Assembly: GCA_052326305.1 (NCBI GenBank)
Contig: JBKQPJ010000015.1
Location: forward strand, 35,208-99,207
Length of the DNA stretch: 64,000 nucleotides
Reading direction: 5' to 3'
Source of the DNA: Thermoplasmata archaeon
GTDB lineage: Archaea; Thermoplasmatota; Thermoplasmata; Lutacidiplasmatales; UBA184
Part shown: in pieces, positions 36,264 through 44,138 of the stretch
How the letters are laid out: each line of letters begins with the position of its first letter
How positions within the stretch are numbered: the stretch's first letter is position 1
The notes under the pieces: generated by a model
Seen by the model: the letters and a program-made list of their open reading frames with translations, nothing else
The model's database searches: none
Told to the model about the DNA's origin: nothing
Made by a program: the position numbers and the translations under genes

Positions 36264-36443
36264 ATGGGAAAGGGAAGCAAGGGCGGACCGACTCCGAACG
36301 ACCAGCGATCGCGTGCGATGAACTCGCAGGACGTTGTCGGCAAGATGGCGATAGACCACCGTGCCGGACAGCTTGATCCACGCAATCCTGATTTTTCTAA
36401 GGCTCGGGCTCCGCCCGACCAAACCACTGAATCCACACAGTAG
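36264..36443 (+). CDS. 59-aa small protein MGKGSKGGPTPNDQRSRAMNSQDVVGKMAIDHRAGQLDPRNPDFSKARAPPDQTTESTQ
   Basis: Strong RBS GGGAGGTGGTGA directly before ATG; followed by terminator; below ORF track cutoff. Confidence 0.7.
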   Translation: MGKGSKGGPTPNDQRSRAMNSQDVVGKMAIDHRAGQLDPRNPDFSKARAPPDQTTESTQ

Positions 36444-36461
36444 GGGCACCGTAGCCCTACC

Positions 36462-36492
36462 GGCCCCCGGCCTTGGCCGGGGGCCTCTTTTT
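36462..36492 (+). terminator. Intrinsic terminator hairpin
   Basis: GGCCCCCGGCC-TT-GGCCGGGGGCC followed by TCTTTTT. Confidence 0.75.
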
Positions 36493-36619
36493 CGTCAGAG
36501 ATTCGAGAGTAGGTCCCGACCCGTTACAGCGCAATTTTGACGGCCGGTAGGCCGCGACTTGTTGCAGAACCCGCGGGTAGGAAGGGTTTAGCGGTGGGGG
36601 CGCGTGTCATTGCCCTCGA

Positions 36620-36967
36620 ATGCCGTCTAAGAAGCGCCGCGACTTGACGAGTCAGTGGCTCGTCAAGCAGGACAAGAAATCGCAGAGGCTCATCCCCGTT
36701 GGGCTGTTCGGTTTGGTTGGGGCTTGCCGCCACTTCACCATCGATTGTAAGTCAGACCGCCTTACCAACAAGGGTCCCGGAGTCGTCGCCATCGAAATCG
36801 TAAGGCTGGTGGGCCGGCGTATCGAGGTGACGCTTGAGAACCTTCCTGCTGGGCAGACCTCGGCGGTCAGTCCCTATGCGGTCCGAAACGTGGTTTGTGC
36901 GTTAGATGGATTGAGCTATGCTCTCCCGACCTTCCGAAACCCGCGAACCAAGCGTGCCTCCGACTGA
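36620..36967 (+). CDS. Hypothetical protein
   Basis: 115-aa ORF with plausible composition; no recognised motif. Confidence 0.45.
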   Translation: MPSKKRRDLTSQWLVKQDKKSQRLIPVGLFGLVGACRHFTIDCKSDRLTNKGPGVVAIEIVRLVGRRIEVTLENLPAGQTSAVSPYAVRNVVCALDGLSYALPTFRNPRTKRASD

Positions 36968-36994
36968 GGGCGGAACTGTACCGCTATCGCGGCA

Positions 36995-37957
36995 TCACAA
37001 TTCTTGATTTTCTCTTGTAACAGCTCGTGGCTTTTGTTTCGGGTCCATCGATATCGTTGTAGCCGATTCGACTTTCACTGCCGTCGCCGGAGGCGGTGGA
37101 CGAAGCACCGGGCGTTCGATTAGGCCGACCAGGGCGCTGCCGAACATCGCTTCGAGGTCCAGGGCGTTGATTCTCTCCTGAGCGGTACTCTCGAACTCCT
37201 TGAGCGCAGGGTCCTCGGAGAACTTCTTGAGATCCCGGAAGAAGTCGCCTAGGCCGGCCTCTTCCGCCAGTCCCTCTAGCTCGGCGTCGCTCGGGAAAGT
37301 GATCATGACTCCGCCGTACGTCCGGAGTTGCGCTAGCGCGGCCTCAATGGTCAGTTTCAGCACCCCTGCGGAGGGGACTTCCTTGGGAAGGTGCTCGAAA
37401 TCTTCACTCTCAAAGACGTTGATGAAGACAGTGCGCCGCTCGTTCCCATCCACAGAGAGTATCACCATCGACTGCCGCCGAATTAGACCTCGCGCTCTCA
37501 ACCACGCTAGGTCCGAGGCAAGCCGGTCGGTGTTCTCGAACTCAACCTGTTGGATCGATTCTGCGAGTCGATCCGCAGGAATTTCCACTCGGGTCTTTTC
37601 CTCCCGGACCATGTCAGAGAACTCGGGCGGTACAATCACGCCCAACGCCCTTTTCCCCGGCTCAGGCGTTCGAAGCAGCTTGACGAAGGTGGAGTCCAAA
37701 GAACCGGTAAGTAGGCCCGAGACGACACGCTGAAGGTCGATTCTGGCGACTGTTTCGAAATCCCTTCCCTTTAGGTGAATCTCACCGGAGGGATGGAACG
37801 AGATGTGTAGACCTGCCGGCAGGAGGCCGGGCATCGGAATGACGTACTTTCCGCCATCGGTGGCCGTCACGGTTTTCAATACGCGCAGACCCGGCGAAGT
37901 AGCCCCCGGCGCGGCCGTCGTGGGCACAACCCGAAGTTCCTTCTCCCTGGACGGCAT
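36995..37957 (-). CDS. Hypothetical protein
   Basis: Long ORF in low-GC region; start at MPSREK after TATA-like TTTAGG; LHISFHPSGEIHLK motif. Confidence 0.7.
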   Translation of the reverse strand: MPSREKELRVVPTTAAPGATSPGLRVLKTVTATDGGKYVIPMPGLLPAGLHISFHPSGEIHLKGRDFETVARIDLQRVVSGLLTGSLDSTFVKLLRTPEPGKRALGVIVPPEFSDMVREEKTRVEIPADRLAESIQQVEFENTDRLASDLAWLRARGLIRRQSMVILSVDGNERRTVFINVFESEDFEHLPKEVPSAGVLKLTIEAALAQLRTYGGVMITFPSDAELEGLAEEAGLGDFFRDLKKFSEDPALKEFESTAQERINALDLEAMFGSALVGLIERPVLRPPPPATAVKVESATTISMDPKQKPRAVTRENQEL

Positions 37958-38104
37958 TTGCTGGGGGAAGGAATCGGACCTAAAGGATAGCTCGGAGTCG
38001 CAATACGGCTTCACTTGTCGAATCTGTTCAGTTCTCGGGATATGGCCGCCATCGGAAGCCAAGCCGTACAACACAACCCGAAGGGCTGAGAGGCACCGGG
38101 CATT

Positions 38105-38893
38105 TCATGCATGGGCCGTTAGGTGCTCCAAGAAGTCCTCCTTTTCCTCCCAGAAGCCAACGATGTCGGCCCGCCTCTTGAGGGTGGATACTATCGGTCC
38201 CGTCCAAACGTCGTCTTCTACTGAATCGTCCAGTAGGCAAGCAGACCGGAACTGGAGCCCCGTATCCCGAATTTCGAGGAACGCGACGATGGCCTTGTTA
38301 ACCAGTGTGCTAGCCCAACCGGAACTCAATGACGAGAAGGCATACATCAACGTCCGTGGCTGCGAAGCACTCAGAGGTTCAAGGTCGAAATCAAAGACCC
38401 AGTGTTTCCCACCGGCTCCTGTATAGTCCCTCCAACGTGCGTGCTCGATATGGGCCGAAGTCAGCCATCCCGCAACGTCGTCAGCGAACCCAAGTTTAGA
38501 TCGAGCCTTCGCCGTCATTGCGATGTGCTGGGCTGACCTCGCCGCCTCGGTGACCCGGGTGAGTGCTTCGGACAGATCACCTATCGGCGCCCTTGCTACA
38601 ATCTCACTGCCATGCGCCGACACTCCGAGCCTCCTCAGAGTGGTTTCAAAGAACCAGTTCTGGCGCGATCCCTCCTTGAGTTCCACTCCGTGGAGGAATA
38701 GGAAGCCGACTGATTCGCCCATGTCGGACAGTTCGACGGTCTGGCCACGAATCGAAATGCGCACCTGTATCGGGTCGTTGTCCTGGTTTAGGAACGGCGT
38801 GGTGAGCACACAGTCCTCCCCATCCTGCTCGACTGAGAACACGGCCTCCAAGTGAGAGAGGTACTGGCCGAGGACGCGCGTACAGTCAGTCAC
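38105..38893 (-). CDS. DUF1828/DUF1829-like protein
   Basis: LTTPFLNQDNDPIQV..LSDMGES; C-terminal GAGGKHWVFDF; GTG start overlaps upstream stop. Confidence 0.75.
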   Translation of the reverse strand: MTDCTRVLGQYLSHLEAVFSVEQDGEDCVLTTPFLNQDNDPIQVRISIRGQTVELSDMGESVGFLFLHGVELKEGSRQNWFFETTLRRLGVSAHGSEIVARAPIGDLSEALTRVTEAARSAQHIAMTAKARSKLGFADDVAGWLTSAHIEHARWRDYTGAGGKHWVFDFDLEPLSASQPRTLMYAFSSLSSGWASTLVNKAIVAFLEIRDTGLQFRSACLLDDSVEDDVWTGPIVSTLKRRADIVGFWEEKEDFLEHLTAHA

Positions 38894-39363
38894 GGGAAAT
38901 CCTCCATTGACGTCTGAGTGTGGATTGGGTATGGGCCGGGAGCGATCCTGCACTCCTTTAGAAAGTCCACGAGCGCCCCGTCGGGGTCGCCCGACCTGAC
39001 TTCGGAAACCGGATAGGAGGGGCTGTCTGCGAACCTCTCGTCTGGATAGTGCTTGTGCGGTCCCTTCATACGGGAGTTCGTAACGGGGTCGAGATGGCCT
39101 GGCTTGTAATCCCACCGGCGAATAATCACGCTGTTACGAACCACCAGAGCGAATCCGTAACGATTCGGCTTGCCCGGGCTGAATTTCCTGCTTACCCAGC
39201 CTCGAATCGTCATCGGGGTTCCATCCTCACCGATGACCGGGAGCACGAGGTACCTGCTGCCGTCGGCCCTCGAATCCCATTGGACCGGACCGGCAAGCTG
39301 TTTGGGCAGCTCGTAGAGGTAGTCAGCCTCTCCCTTGCTGATAGGGGCCGCTCCCTCTGCCAT
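38890..39363 (-). CDS. DUF6978-like protein, translationally coupled to the DUF1828 gene
   Basis: EADYLYELPK, RRWD..HLDP..GPHKH, LVDFLKECRI. Confidence 0.6.
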   Translation of the reverse strand: MAEGAAPISKGEADYLYELPKQLAGPVQWDSRADGSRYLVLPVIGEDGTPMTIRGWVSRKFSPGKPNRYGFALVVRNSVIIRRWDYKPGHLDPVTNSRMKGPHKHYPDERFADSPSYPVSEVRSGDPDGALVDFLKECRIAPGPYPIHTQTSMEDFP

Positions 39364-39538
39364 ATCGGTTCGCCGGACGCTTCCGCTGTCTCTGAGCGCT
39401 GTTGAGCACTGGAGACATAAAGCGAGGGGTCGGAGGGGTATCGAAACGGTTTCAGTTCGGAACCAGTTCGATTTCGGGGTAGCGGCTCTTCGGCTGCGGC
39501 GCGGCCCGCTTGAGCAGCTAGTGCCACCAGAACCCCCG

Positions 39539-39604
39539 ATTCTCCTACAGCCGCCAAATCCAGGCGGGAATTCTCCTACTGCCGAGGATTATCCCTACAA
39601 AGCC
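39539..39604. repeat. Right end: ATTCTCCTACAGCC (39539-39552), ATTCTCCTACTGCC (39570-39583) and terminal inverted repeat GAGGATTATCCCTACAAAGCC (39584-39604)
   Basis: Direct sequence comparison with left end. Confidence 0.8.
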
Positions 39605-39613
39605 TGCGGCACG
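39605..39613 (+). repeat. Right 9-bp target site duplication TGCGGCACG
   Basis: Identical to 26433-26441. Confidence 0.85.
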
Positions 39614-39620
39614 CGCACCG

Positions 39621-39627
39621 TTAAATA
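39621..39627 (+). promoter_or_regulatory. TATA box (TTAAATA) of rpl7ae operon
   Basis: About 25 nt upstream of the K-turn leader. Confidence 0.7.
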
Positions 39628-39650
39628 GCGGGGGCCGTACCTCGGCCCTA

Positions 39651-39694
39651 CCCGTGAGCCGAGGATCCCCTCTGGGGGTTCCGCTGACGCGAGG
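39651..39694 (+). promoter_or_regulatory. Double kink-turn in rpl7ae 5' UTR (L7Ae autoregulation)
   Basis: CC-CGU-GA-GC-C-GA-GG ... CC-GCU-GA-C-GC-GA-GG: two 3-nt bulges, each with tandem G-A/A-G pairs. Confidence 0.8.
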
Positions 39695-39698
39695 CACC

Positions 39699-40070
39699 AT
39701 GGCGCGACCGATTTACGTGCGATTCGAGACCCCGAGCGACCTCGCCGACAAGGCCCTGCAGCTCGTCCAGATCGCGAGCGAGACCGGCAAGGTCCGGGTC
39801 GGGACGAACGAAGTGACGAAATCGAGCGAGCGCGCGGAAGCGAAGCTCGTCGTCATGGCGGAGGACGTCGACCCGGTCGAGATCCTCGTCCACATCCCGA
39901 TGCTCTGCGAGGAGAAGCGGATCCCGTACGTCTACGTGCCGAAGAAGCAGCGGCTCGGCCAGTCGGCCGGGCTGTCGAAGTCCGCGGCGAGCGTGGCGAT
40001 CGTGGAGGCCGGCGACGCGAAGGCGCTTCTCGACGAGATCGCGGCCACCTTCCCCACGCTGAAGAAGTGA
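39699..40070 (+). CDS. rpl7ae: 50S ribosomal protein L7Ae
   Basis: [29 protein letters not shown]. Confidence 0.95.
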   Translation: MARPIYVRFETPSDLADKALQLVQIASETGKVRVGTNEVTKSSERAEAKLVVMAEDVDPVEILVHIPMLCEEKRIPYVYVPKKQRLGQSAGLSKSAASVAIVEAGDAKALLDEIAATFPTLKK

Positions 40071-40095
40071 GGGGAGGCCGGGACGGGGGCGCGCC

Positions 40096-40308
40096 ATGCC
40101 GGAAGAGAAGGGCTCGCCCGCCGAGGTCGTGGAGCTGGTCGGCCGGACGGGCATGGCCGGCGAGGCGACCCAGGTGAAGGTCCGCGTGCTCGCGGGGCGG
40201 GACCGGGGCAAGATCATCACCCGCAATGTCGCCGGCCCGATCCGCCTCGGCGACATCCTGATCCTGCGCGAGACGGCGCGCGAGGCGCGCAAGCTCTCCG
40301 TCCGCTGA
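40096..40308 (+). CDS. rps28e: 30S ribosomal protein S28e
   Basis: [41 protein letters not shown]. Confidence 0.95.
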   Translation: MPEEKGSPAEVVELVGRTGMAGEATQVKVRVLAGRDRGKIITRNVAGPIRLGDILILRETAREARKLSVR

Positions 40309-40318
40309 GGGTGGGTCG

Positions 40319-40723
40319 ATGGTCGTCAAGCGGCAGTGCTCGTTCTGCGCCCGGGAGATCGAACCCGGCACCGGCACGATGTTCGTCAAGCGCGACGGCA
40401 CGGTCTTCCATTTCTGCACCTCGTCGTGCCGCAAGCAGCAGCTCCACCTCGGCCGCGTCGGCCACCGGTTCAAGTGGACGCGGGCCCACGAGCTGAAACG
40501 GGCGGCCGAACGCTCGAGCGCCGAGCGCGCGCCCGCCGCCGCGGCCCCGTCGAAGAGGTCGTCGCGCCCGGCCCGACGCCCGCCGGCCGAGAAGCTCCCT
40601 GCCCCGGCCGTGGCCGAGACGACCCCCGCGACCCCTCCGCCGGCCGCTCCCGCCTCGGCGCCGCGGACCCGGGCGCGAAAGCCCCGGGCCGCCGCTCCTC
40701 CCCCTCCCGCGCCCGAGACGTAG
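40319..40723 (+). CDS. rpl24e: 50S ribosomal protein L24e with Ala/Pro/Arg-rich C-terminal extension
   Basis: CSFC..IEPGTGTMFVKRDG..FCTSSC..KWT. Confidence 0.92.
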   Translation: MVVKRQCSFCAREIEPGTGTMFVKRDGTVFHFCTSSCRKQQLHLGRVGHRFKWTRAHELKRAAERSSAERAPAAAAPSKRSSRPARRPPAEKLPAPAVAETTPATPPPAAPASAPRTRARKPRAAAPPPPAPET

Positions 40724-40790
40724 GCCCGCTCTCCGCCCCGATTCCTGTCGAGCGGAATCCGTAAGCGTCCGTCCGGCGCGCCGAAGCTTC

Positions 40791-41042
40791 GTGAGCTCGC
40801 CGCCCGCCTGGGCATCGGCCTCGGACCTCGCCGAGTACGCCTACTGTCCCCGGGCGCTCCACTACCGCGCCCGTTTCCCCGACGCCCCGGACACGCCGGC
40901 GGCCGCGGGGGGCCGTCGCTACCACGAGCGGGTCCTCGGGGCCGAGCGGCGCCGGGCAGAGCATCCCACCGCCTATTGGGCGGGGGTGCTGGTGGGGATC
41001 CTGCTCGCCGTGGCCGGGGTCGCGGGAGCTCTCCGTCCTTGA
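40791..41042 (+). CDS. Cas4-like N-terminal fragment with C-terminal transmembrane helix
   Basis: SASDLAEYAYCPR..GRRYH, then YWAGVLVGILLAVAGVAGAL. Confidence 0.75.
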   Translation: MSSPPAWASASDLAEYAYCPRALHYRARFPDAPDTPAAAGGRRYHERVLGAERRRAEHPTAYWAGVLVGILLAVAGVAGALRP

Positions 41043-41557
41043 ACGTCTGGGCCGCGGCGCTCCTGCTGGCGGTCGGGATCGGCGTCGCGGCGCTGAGCGC
41101 CCGCGCGCTCTACCGGCGGAGTGGCGAGGCGCGGTGGGGCACGCTCGAGGCGATCGACGCGGGGCGCCCCGAGACGCTGCGCTCGGAACGGTTCCGCCTG
41201 GTCGGCCGCCCCGACGTCGTCCGACGCGGAAAGGACGGCCGGCGCGTTCCCGTCGAGGTCAAGCGACGACCGGCGCCGCGAGGGGGTCCGTTCCGCTCGC
41301 ACCTCGTACAGGTATGGACGTACTGCCTCCTGGTCGAGGAGGTCGACGGGCGTTCCCCCCCGTTCGGGGTCGTTCGATACTCCGACCGGGAGTTCCGTGT
41401 CCCGTGGAACTCGAGCGCGCGCGGGGAGCTCCTCGCGATCCGCCGGGCGGTGGCCGCGCCGTACGACGGCCGCGCGACGCCGAGCCCGGCCCGCTGCGGG
41501 CGTTGCCGGTGGGCTCCCCGCTGCGACGCCCGCCTCGACGCGGCCTCCCCGGGCTAG
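41039..41557 (+). CDS. Cas4-like PD-(D/E)xK nuclease core with N-terminal transmembrane helix
   Basis: TTG start in TTGA overlap; VWAAALLLAVGIGVAAL; GRPD, VEVK, QVWTY, CGRCRWAPRC. Confidence 0.8.
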   Translation: MNVWAAALLLAVGIGVAALSARALYRRSGEARWGTLEAIDAGRPETLRSERFRLVGRPDVVRRGKDGRRVPVEVKRRPAPRGGPFRSHLVQVWTYCLLVEEVDGRSPPFGVVRYSDREFRVPWNSSARGELLAIRRAVAAPYDGRATPSPARCGRCRWAPRCDARLDAASPG

Positions 41558-42363
41558 CAGCGCGGGGCCCAGTACGCGTCCGTCCAGTACGGGAGCTCGA
41601 TCGACCGACGGCCTCGGGTGGCGGGATCCTCCTCGAGGAGGACGCGCACCTCCCGGGTGATCTTGCGCCGCTCGGACGCGGGAAGCACGGCGATCACGCT
41701 GACCGAAAGGACCCGGTCCACGATCCCGTCGGGGTCGAGCCGCTGACGGTGCGAGAACCGGCGGTGATGCAGCCGACCGAACGGTCCCCCGGGCCGGTCG
41801 AACGCGGCCTGCCATCGTCTCCTTCCCCCCGCCGAGCCCCCCCGTTCCGGTCCCGGCGTCCCCGGAACGGACCCGCGGTAGCGGCGCATGATCTCCGAGA
41901 GCCGGTGGGAGTAGGGGACCGTCTCGTCCCGGAGGTTCCAAACGAGCCCGAGCCTGCCGCCCGGGCGCAGCACCCGGGCGATCTCCTCGAGGGCCGCGCG
42001 GGGGCGGAACCAGTGGAACGCCTGCGCGGCGACGACCGCGTCGGCGAACGCCTCCGGGAGCGGGATCGCCTCCGCCGTCCCCGCGACGACCGCCACGTCG
42101 GGGACCGTCCGCTCGAACACTGCGCGCATGCCGGCCGTCGGCTCGACACCGACGATCGCCGCCCCCACCGGCCGCAGGGCCCGGGTGAACTTCCCGGTCC
42201 CGCTCGCCAGCTCGACGACCGTCCGTCCGGGACCGAGGTCGAGGGCGCGGGCCAGCCACCCGACCGCCGCGGCCGGATAGCCAGGCCGGGCCCGCTCGTA
42301 CGTCTCGGCGGCCCGGTCGAAGCCGCGGACCGCGGCATGGGTCCGCCATCGCGGCGCGCTCAC
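41554..42363 (-). CDS. Class I SAM-dependent methyltransferase
   Basis: YERARPGYP, ELASGTGK, AQAFHWF, RVLRPGG. Confidence 0.88.
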   Translation of the reverse strand: MSAPRWRTHAAVRGFDRAAETYERARPGYPAAAVGWLARALDLGPGRTVVELASGTGKFTRALRPVGAAIVGVEPTAGMRAVFERTVPDVAVVAGTAEAIPLPEAFADAVVAAQAFHWFRPRAALEEIARVLRPGGRLGLVWNLRDETVPYSHRLSEIMRRYRGSVPGTPGPERGGSAGGRRRWQAAFDRPGGPFGRLHHRRFSHRQRLDPDGIVDRVLSVSVIAVLPASERRKITREVRVLLEEDPATRGRRSIELPYWTDAYWAPRC

Positions 42364-43034
42364 GACCGTCCCCTCCGGCGGAGGGGGCTGGGGCGTTCGA
42401 CCCGGCGGGGACGGGGCAGGATGAGCAGTCCCTCGGTCGGGTCGCCGAGCGCCGTCGTGCGGCCGGCGAGGTGCTCGCGCCCGGTGTACGCGCAGACGAC
42501 GGCGTCCATCTCGTCGTGGGTGATACTGCGGTGGGCGACCGACCCGGTGAACCCGAACCGCACGAGCGCCCGTCGAAGCCGCTCCTCGCCCGCCCCCTTC
42601 CGCGGGATCCCGAGGACGTCCTGGGCGCCGCCGGGGTACGCTTCGATGACGGGGTAGCCCTCCCCGCGCAGCCGGGCCGCGAGGTCGATCCCGCGCCGGG
42701 TGAGAAGCCGCATCGGTCCGAGGGTGATCGGGAAGAACCGGATCCCGAGATCGAACAGCGCCCGGTCGCAGGCCCGGAAGTGCGGCGGGCTCGGCACATC
42801 GAGGGAGAGGCGCCCGCGGGGCAGCGAGAGCGGCGCATCGACGGCGACGATGCTCGGCCGGGCGTCGCGGACCGCGTTGAGGATCTCCTCGTCGGAGCCG
42901 AGGACGCGCGTCTCGGCCGCGAGCCCGGGGCCGAGGAGGCAGAATCCGGTGCGTCGATGGGGGCTGCCCGCAAGATCGATTCCCGCGGCCCGCCGGCGCA
43001 CGGGACGGTTCACGGGGGGAGGCTGCGGGGTCAC
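42360..43034 (-). CDS. DUF429 family protein (RNase H-like fold)
   Basis: GIDLAG, AVDAPLS, IEAYPG, DEMDA. Confidence 0.8.
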   Translation of the reverse strand: MTPQPPPVNRPVRRRAAGIDLAGSPHRRTGFCLLGPGLAAETRVLGSDEEILNAVRDARPSIVAVDAPLSLPRGRLSLDVPSPPHFRACDRALFDLGIRFFPITLGPMRLLTRRGIDLAARLRGEGYPVIEAYPGGAQDVLGIPRKGAGEERLRRALVRFGFTGSVAHRSITHDEMDAVVCAYTGREHLAGRTTALGDPTEGLLILPRPRRVERPSPLRRRGRS

Positions 43035-43111
43035 CTCCGCCCCAGCCTCGCCTCGGCCATACCGCTGTCCCCGCGCGATAACGTTACCCGCCGGACCGCC
43101 TCCGCGACCCG

Positions 43112-43570
43112 ATGGCAGAAGGGAACGTCGAGCGAACCTTGGTGCTGGTCAAGCCCGACGGGGTCCGGCGCGGGGTCGTCGGCGAGATCCTCTCCCGGCT
43201 CGAACGCAAGGGGCTCAAGCTGCTCGCCGCGAAGACGCTCCGGGTCGCCCCCGAGCTGGCCCAGCGGCACTACGCCGAGCATCAGGGCAAGCCGTTCTAT
43301 CCCGCGCTCATCCAGCACATCACGAGCGGGCCGATCGTGGCGCTCGCCCTCGAGGGCCGCTCGGCGATCGCGGTCGTCCGACTGCTGACCGGCGCGACGA
43401 ACCCCCAGCTCGCGGCCCCGGGTACGATCCGCGGGGACCTGGGCCTCGGGATCACTCCCAATCTCGTCCATGCGTCCGACTCCCCGGAGTCCGCCGCGCG
43501 CGAGCTGGCGCTCTACTTCCGCCCGGAGGAGTTCCTCGCGTACTCCCGGGTCGGCGAGGAGTACTTCTAG
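43112..43570 (+). CDS. ndk: Nucleoside diphosphate kinase
   Basis: ERTLVLVKPDG, HYAEH.GKPF, PGTIRGD, NLVHASDS. Confidence 0.95.
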   Translation: MAEGNVERTLVLVKPDGVRRGVVGEILSRLERKGLKLLAAKTLRVAPELAQRHYAEHQGKPFYPALIQHITSGPIVALALEGRSAIAVVRLLTGATNPQLAAPGTIRGDLGLGITPNLVHASDSPESAARELALYFRPEEFLAYSRVGEEYF

Positions 43571-43574
43571 GCCG

Positions 43575-44138
43575 ATGGGCCCCTCGCTCGACCGCGCCGT
43601 GCGGGCGCTCGGCTCGGGGCAGCTCGTTGTCTACCCGACCGACACGCTGCTCGGGCTCGCGGCTCGCGCGGCCGATCCGGAGGCGGTCGCCCGCCTCGTT
43701 CGCGCGAAGGCGCGGCCAGGGGCTCAGCCCCTCTCCGCCGCCGTCAGTTCGGTGGACGAGATCGAGCCGCTCGGCCGCCTGTCCCGGACGGCCCGGCAGT
43801 TCGTCCGCCGTCACCTGCCGGGTCCCTACACGATCCTCCTGCGTCCGACGTCCGCGGCCCGACGCCTCCTCGCTCCGGCGGTCGCCGGAGGACGCACGAT
43901 CGGCCTCCGGGTGCCGGATCACCCGGTCGCGCGCGAGCTGGCGCGCCGGGCCGGCCCGATCGTCGCCACGTCGGCGAACCGGCATGGGGCGCGCCCCGCC
44001 CGGACCGTCGCCGAGGCCGAGCGCGCGTTCGGCCGGGAGGTACGGGTCTACCTCGCGGCGCGCCCGCCGCCGACCGGGCGCCCGTCCGAGCTCGTGGACT
44101 TCACCGGCACGCGCGCCGGGAGGGTGGTTCGCCGATGA
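43575..44138 (+). CDS. tsaC: L-threonylcarbamoyladenylate synthase (short TsaC/YrdC type)
   Basis: YPTDTLLGL, PGPYT, GLRVPDH, ATSAN. Confidence 0.85.
   Translation: MGPSLDRAVRALGSGQLVVYPTDTLLGLAARAADPEAVARLVRAKARPGAQPLSAAVSSVDEIEPLGRLSRTARQFVRRHLPGPYTILLRPTSAARRLLAPAVAGGRTIGLRVPDHPVARELARRAGPIVATSANRHGARPARTVAEAERAFGREVRVYLAARPPPTGRPSELVDFTGTRAGRVVRR

Larger units (their letters stand above)
26442..39604. mobile_element. 13.2-kb cargo-carrying transposon, IS5 family IS903-like, with SWIM-DDE transposase
   Basis: Left end GGCATCGTAGTTAAATCCTC vs reverse complement of right end GGCTTTGTAGGGATAATCCTC; 9-bp TSD; visibly lower GC than flanks; single transposase. Confidence 0.85.

Noticed and set aside
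40700..41600. CRISPR-Cas locus suggested by Cas4-like genes
   Set aside because: No repeat-spacer array or other cas genes seen anywhere in the window.
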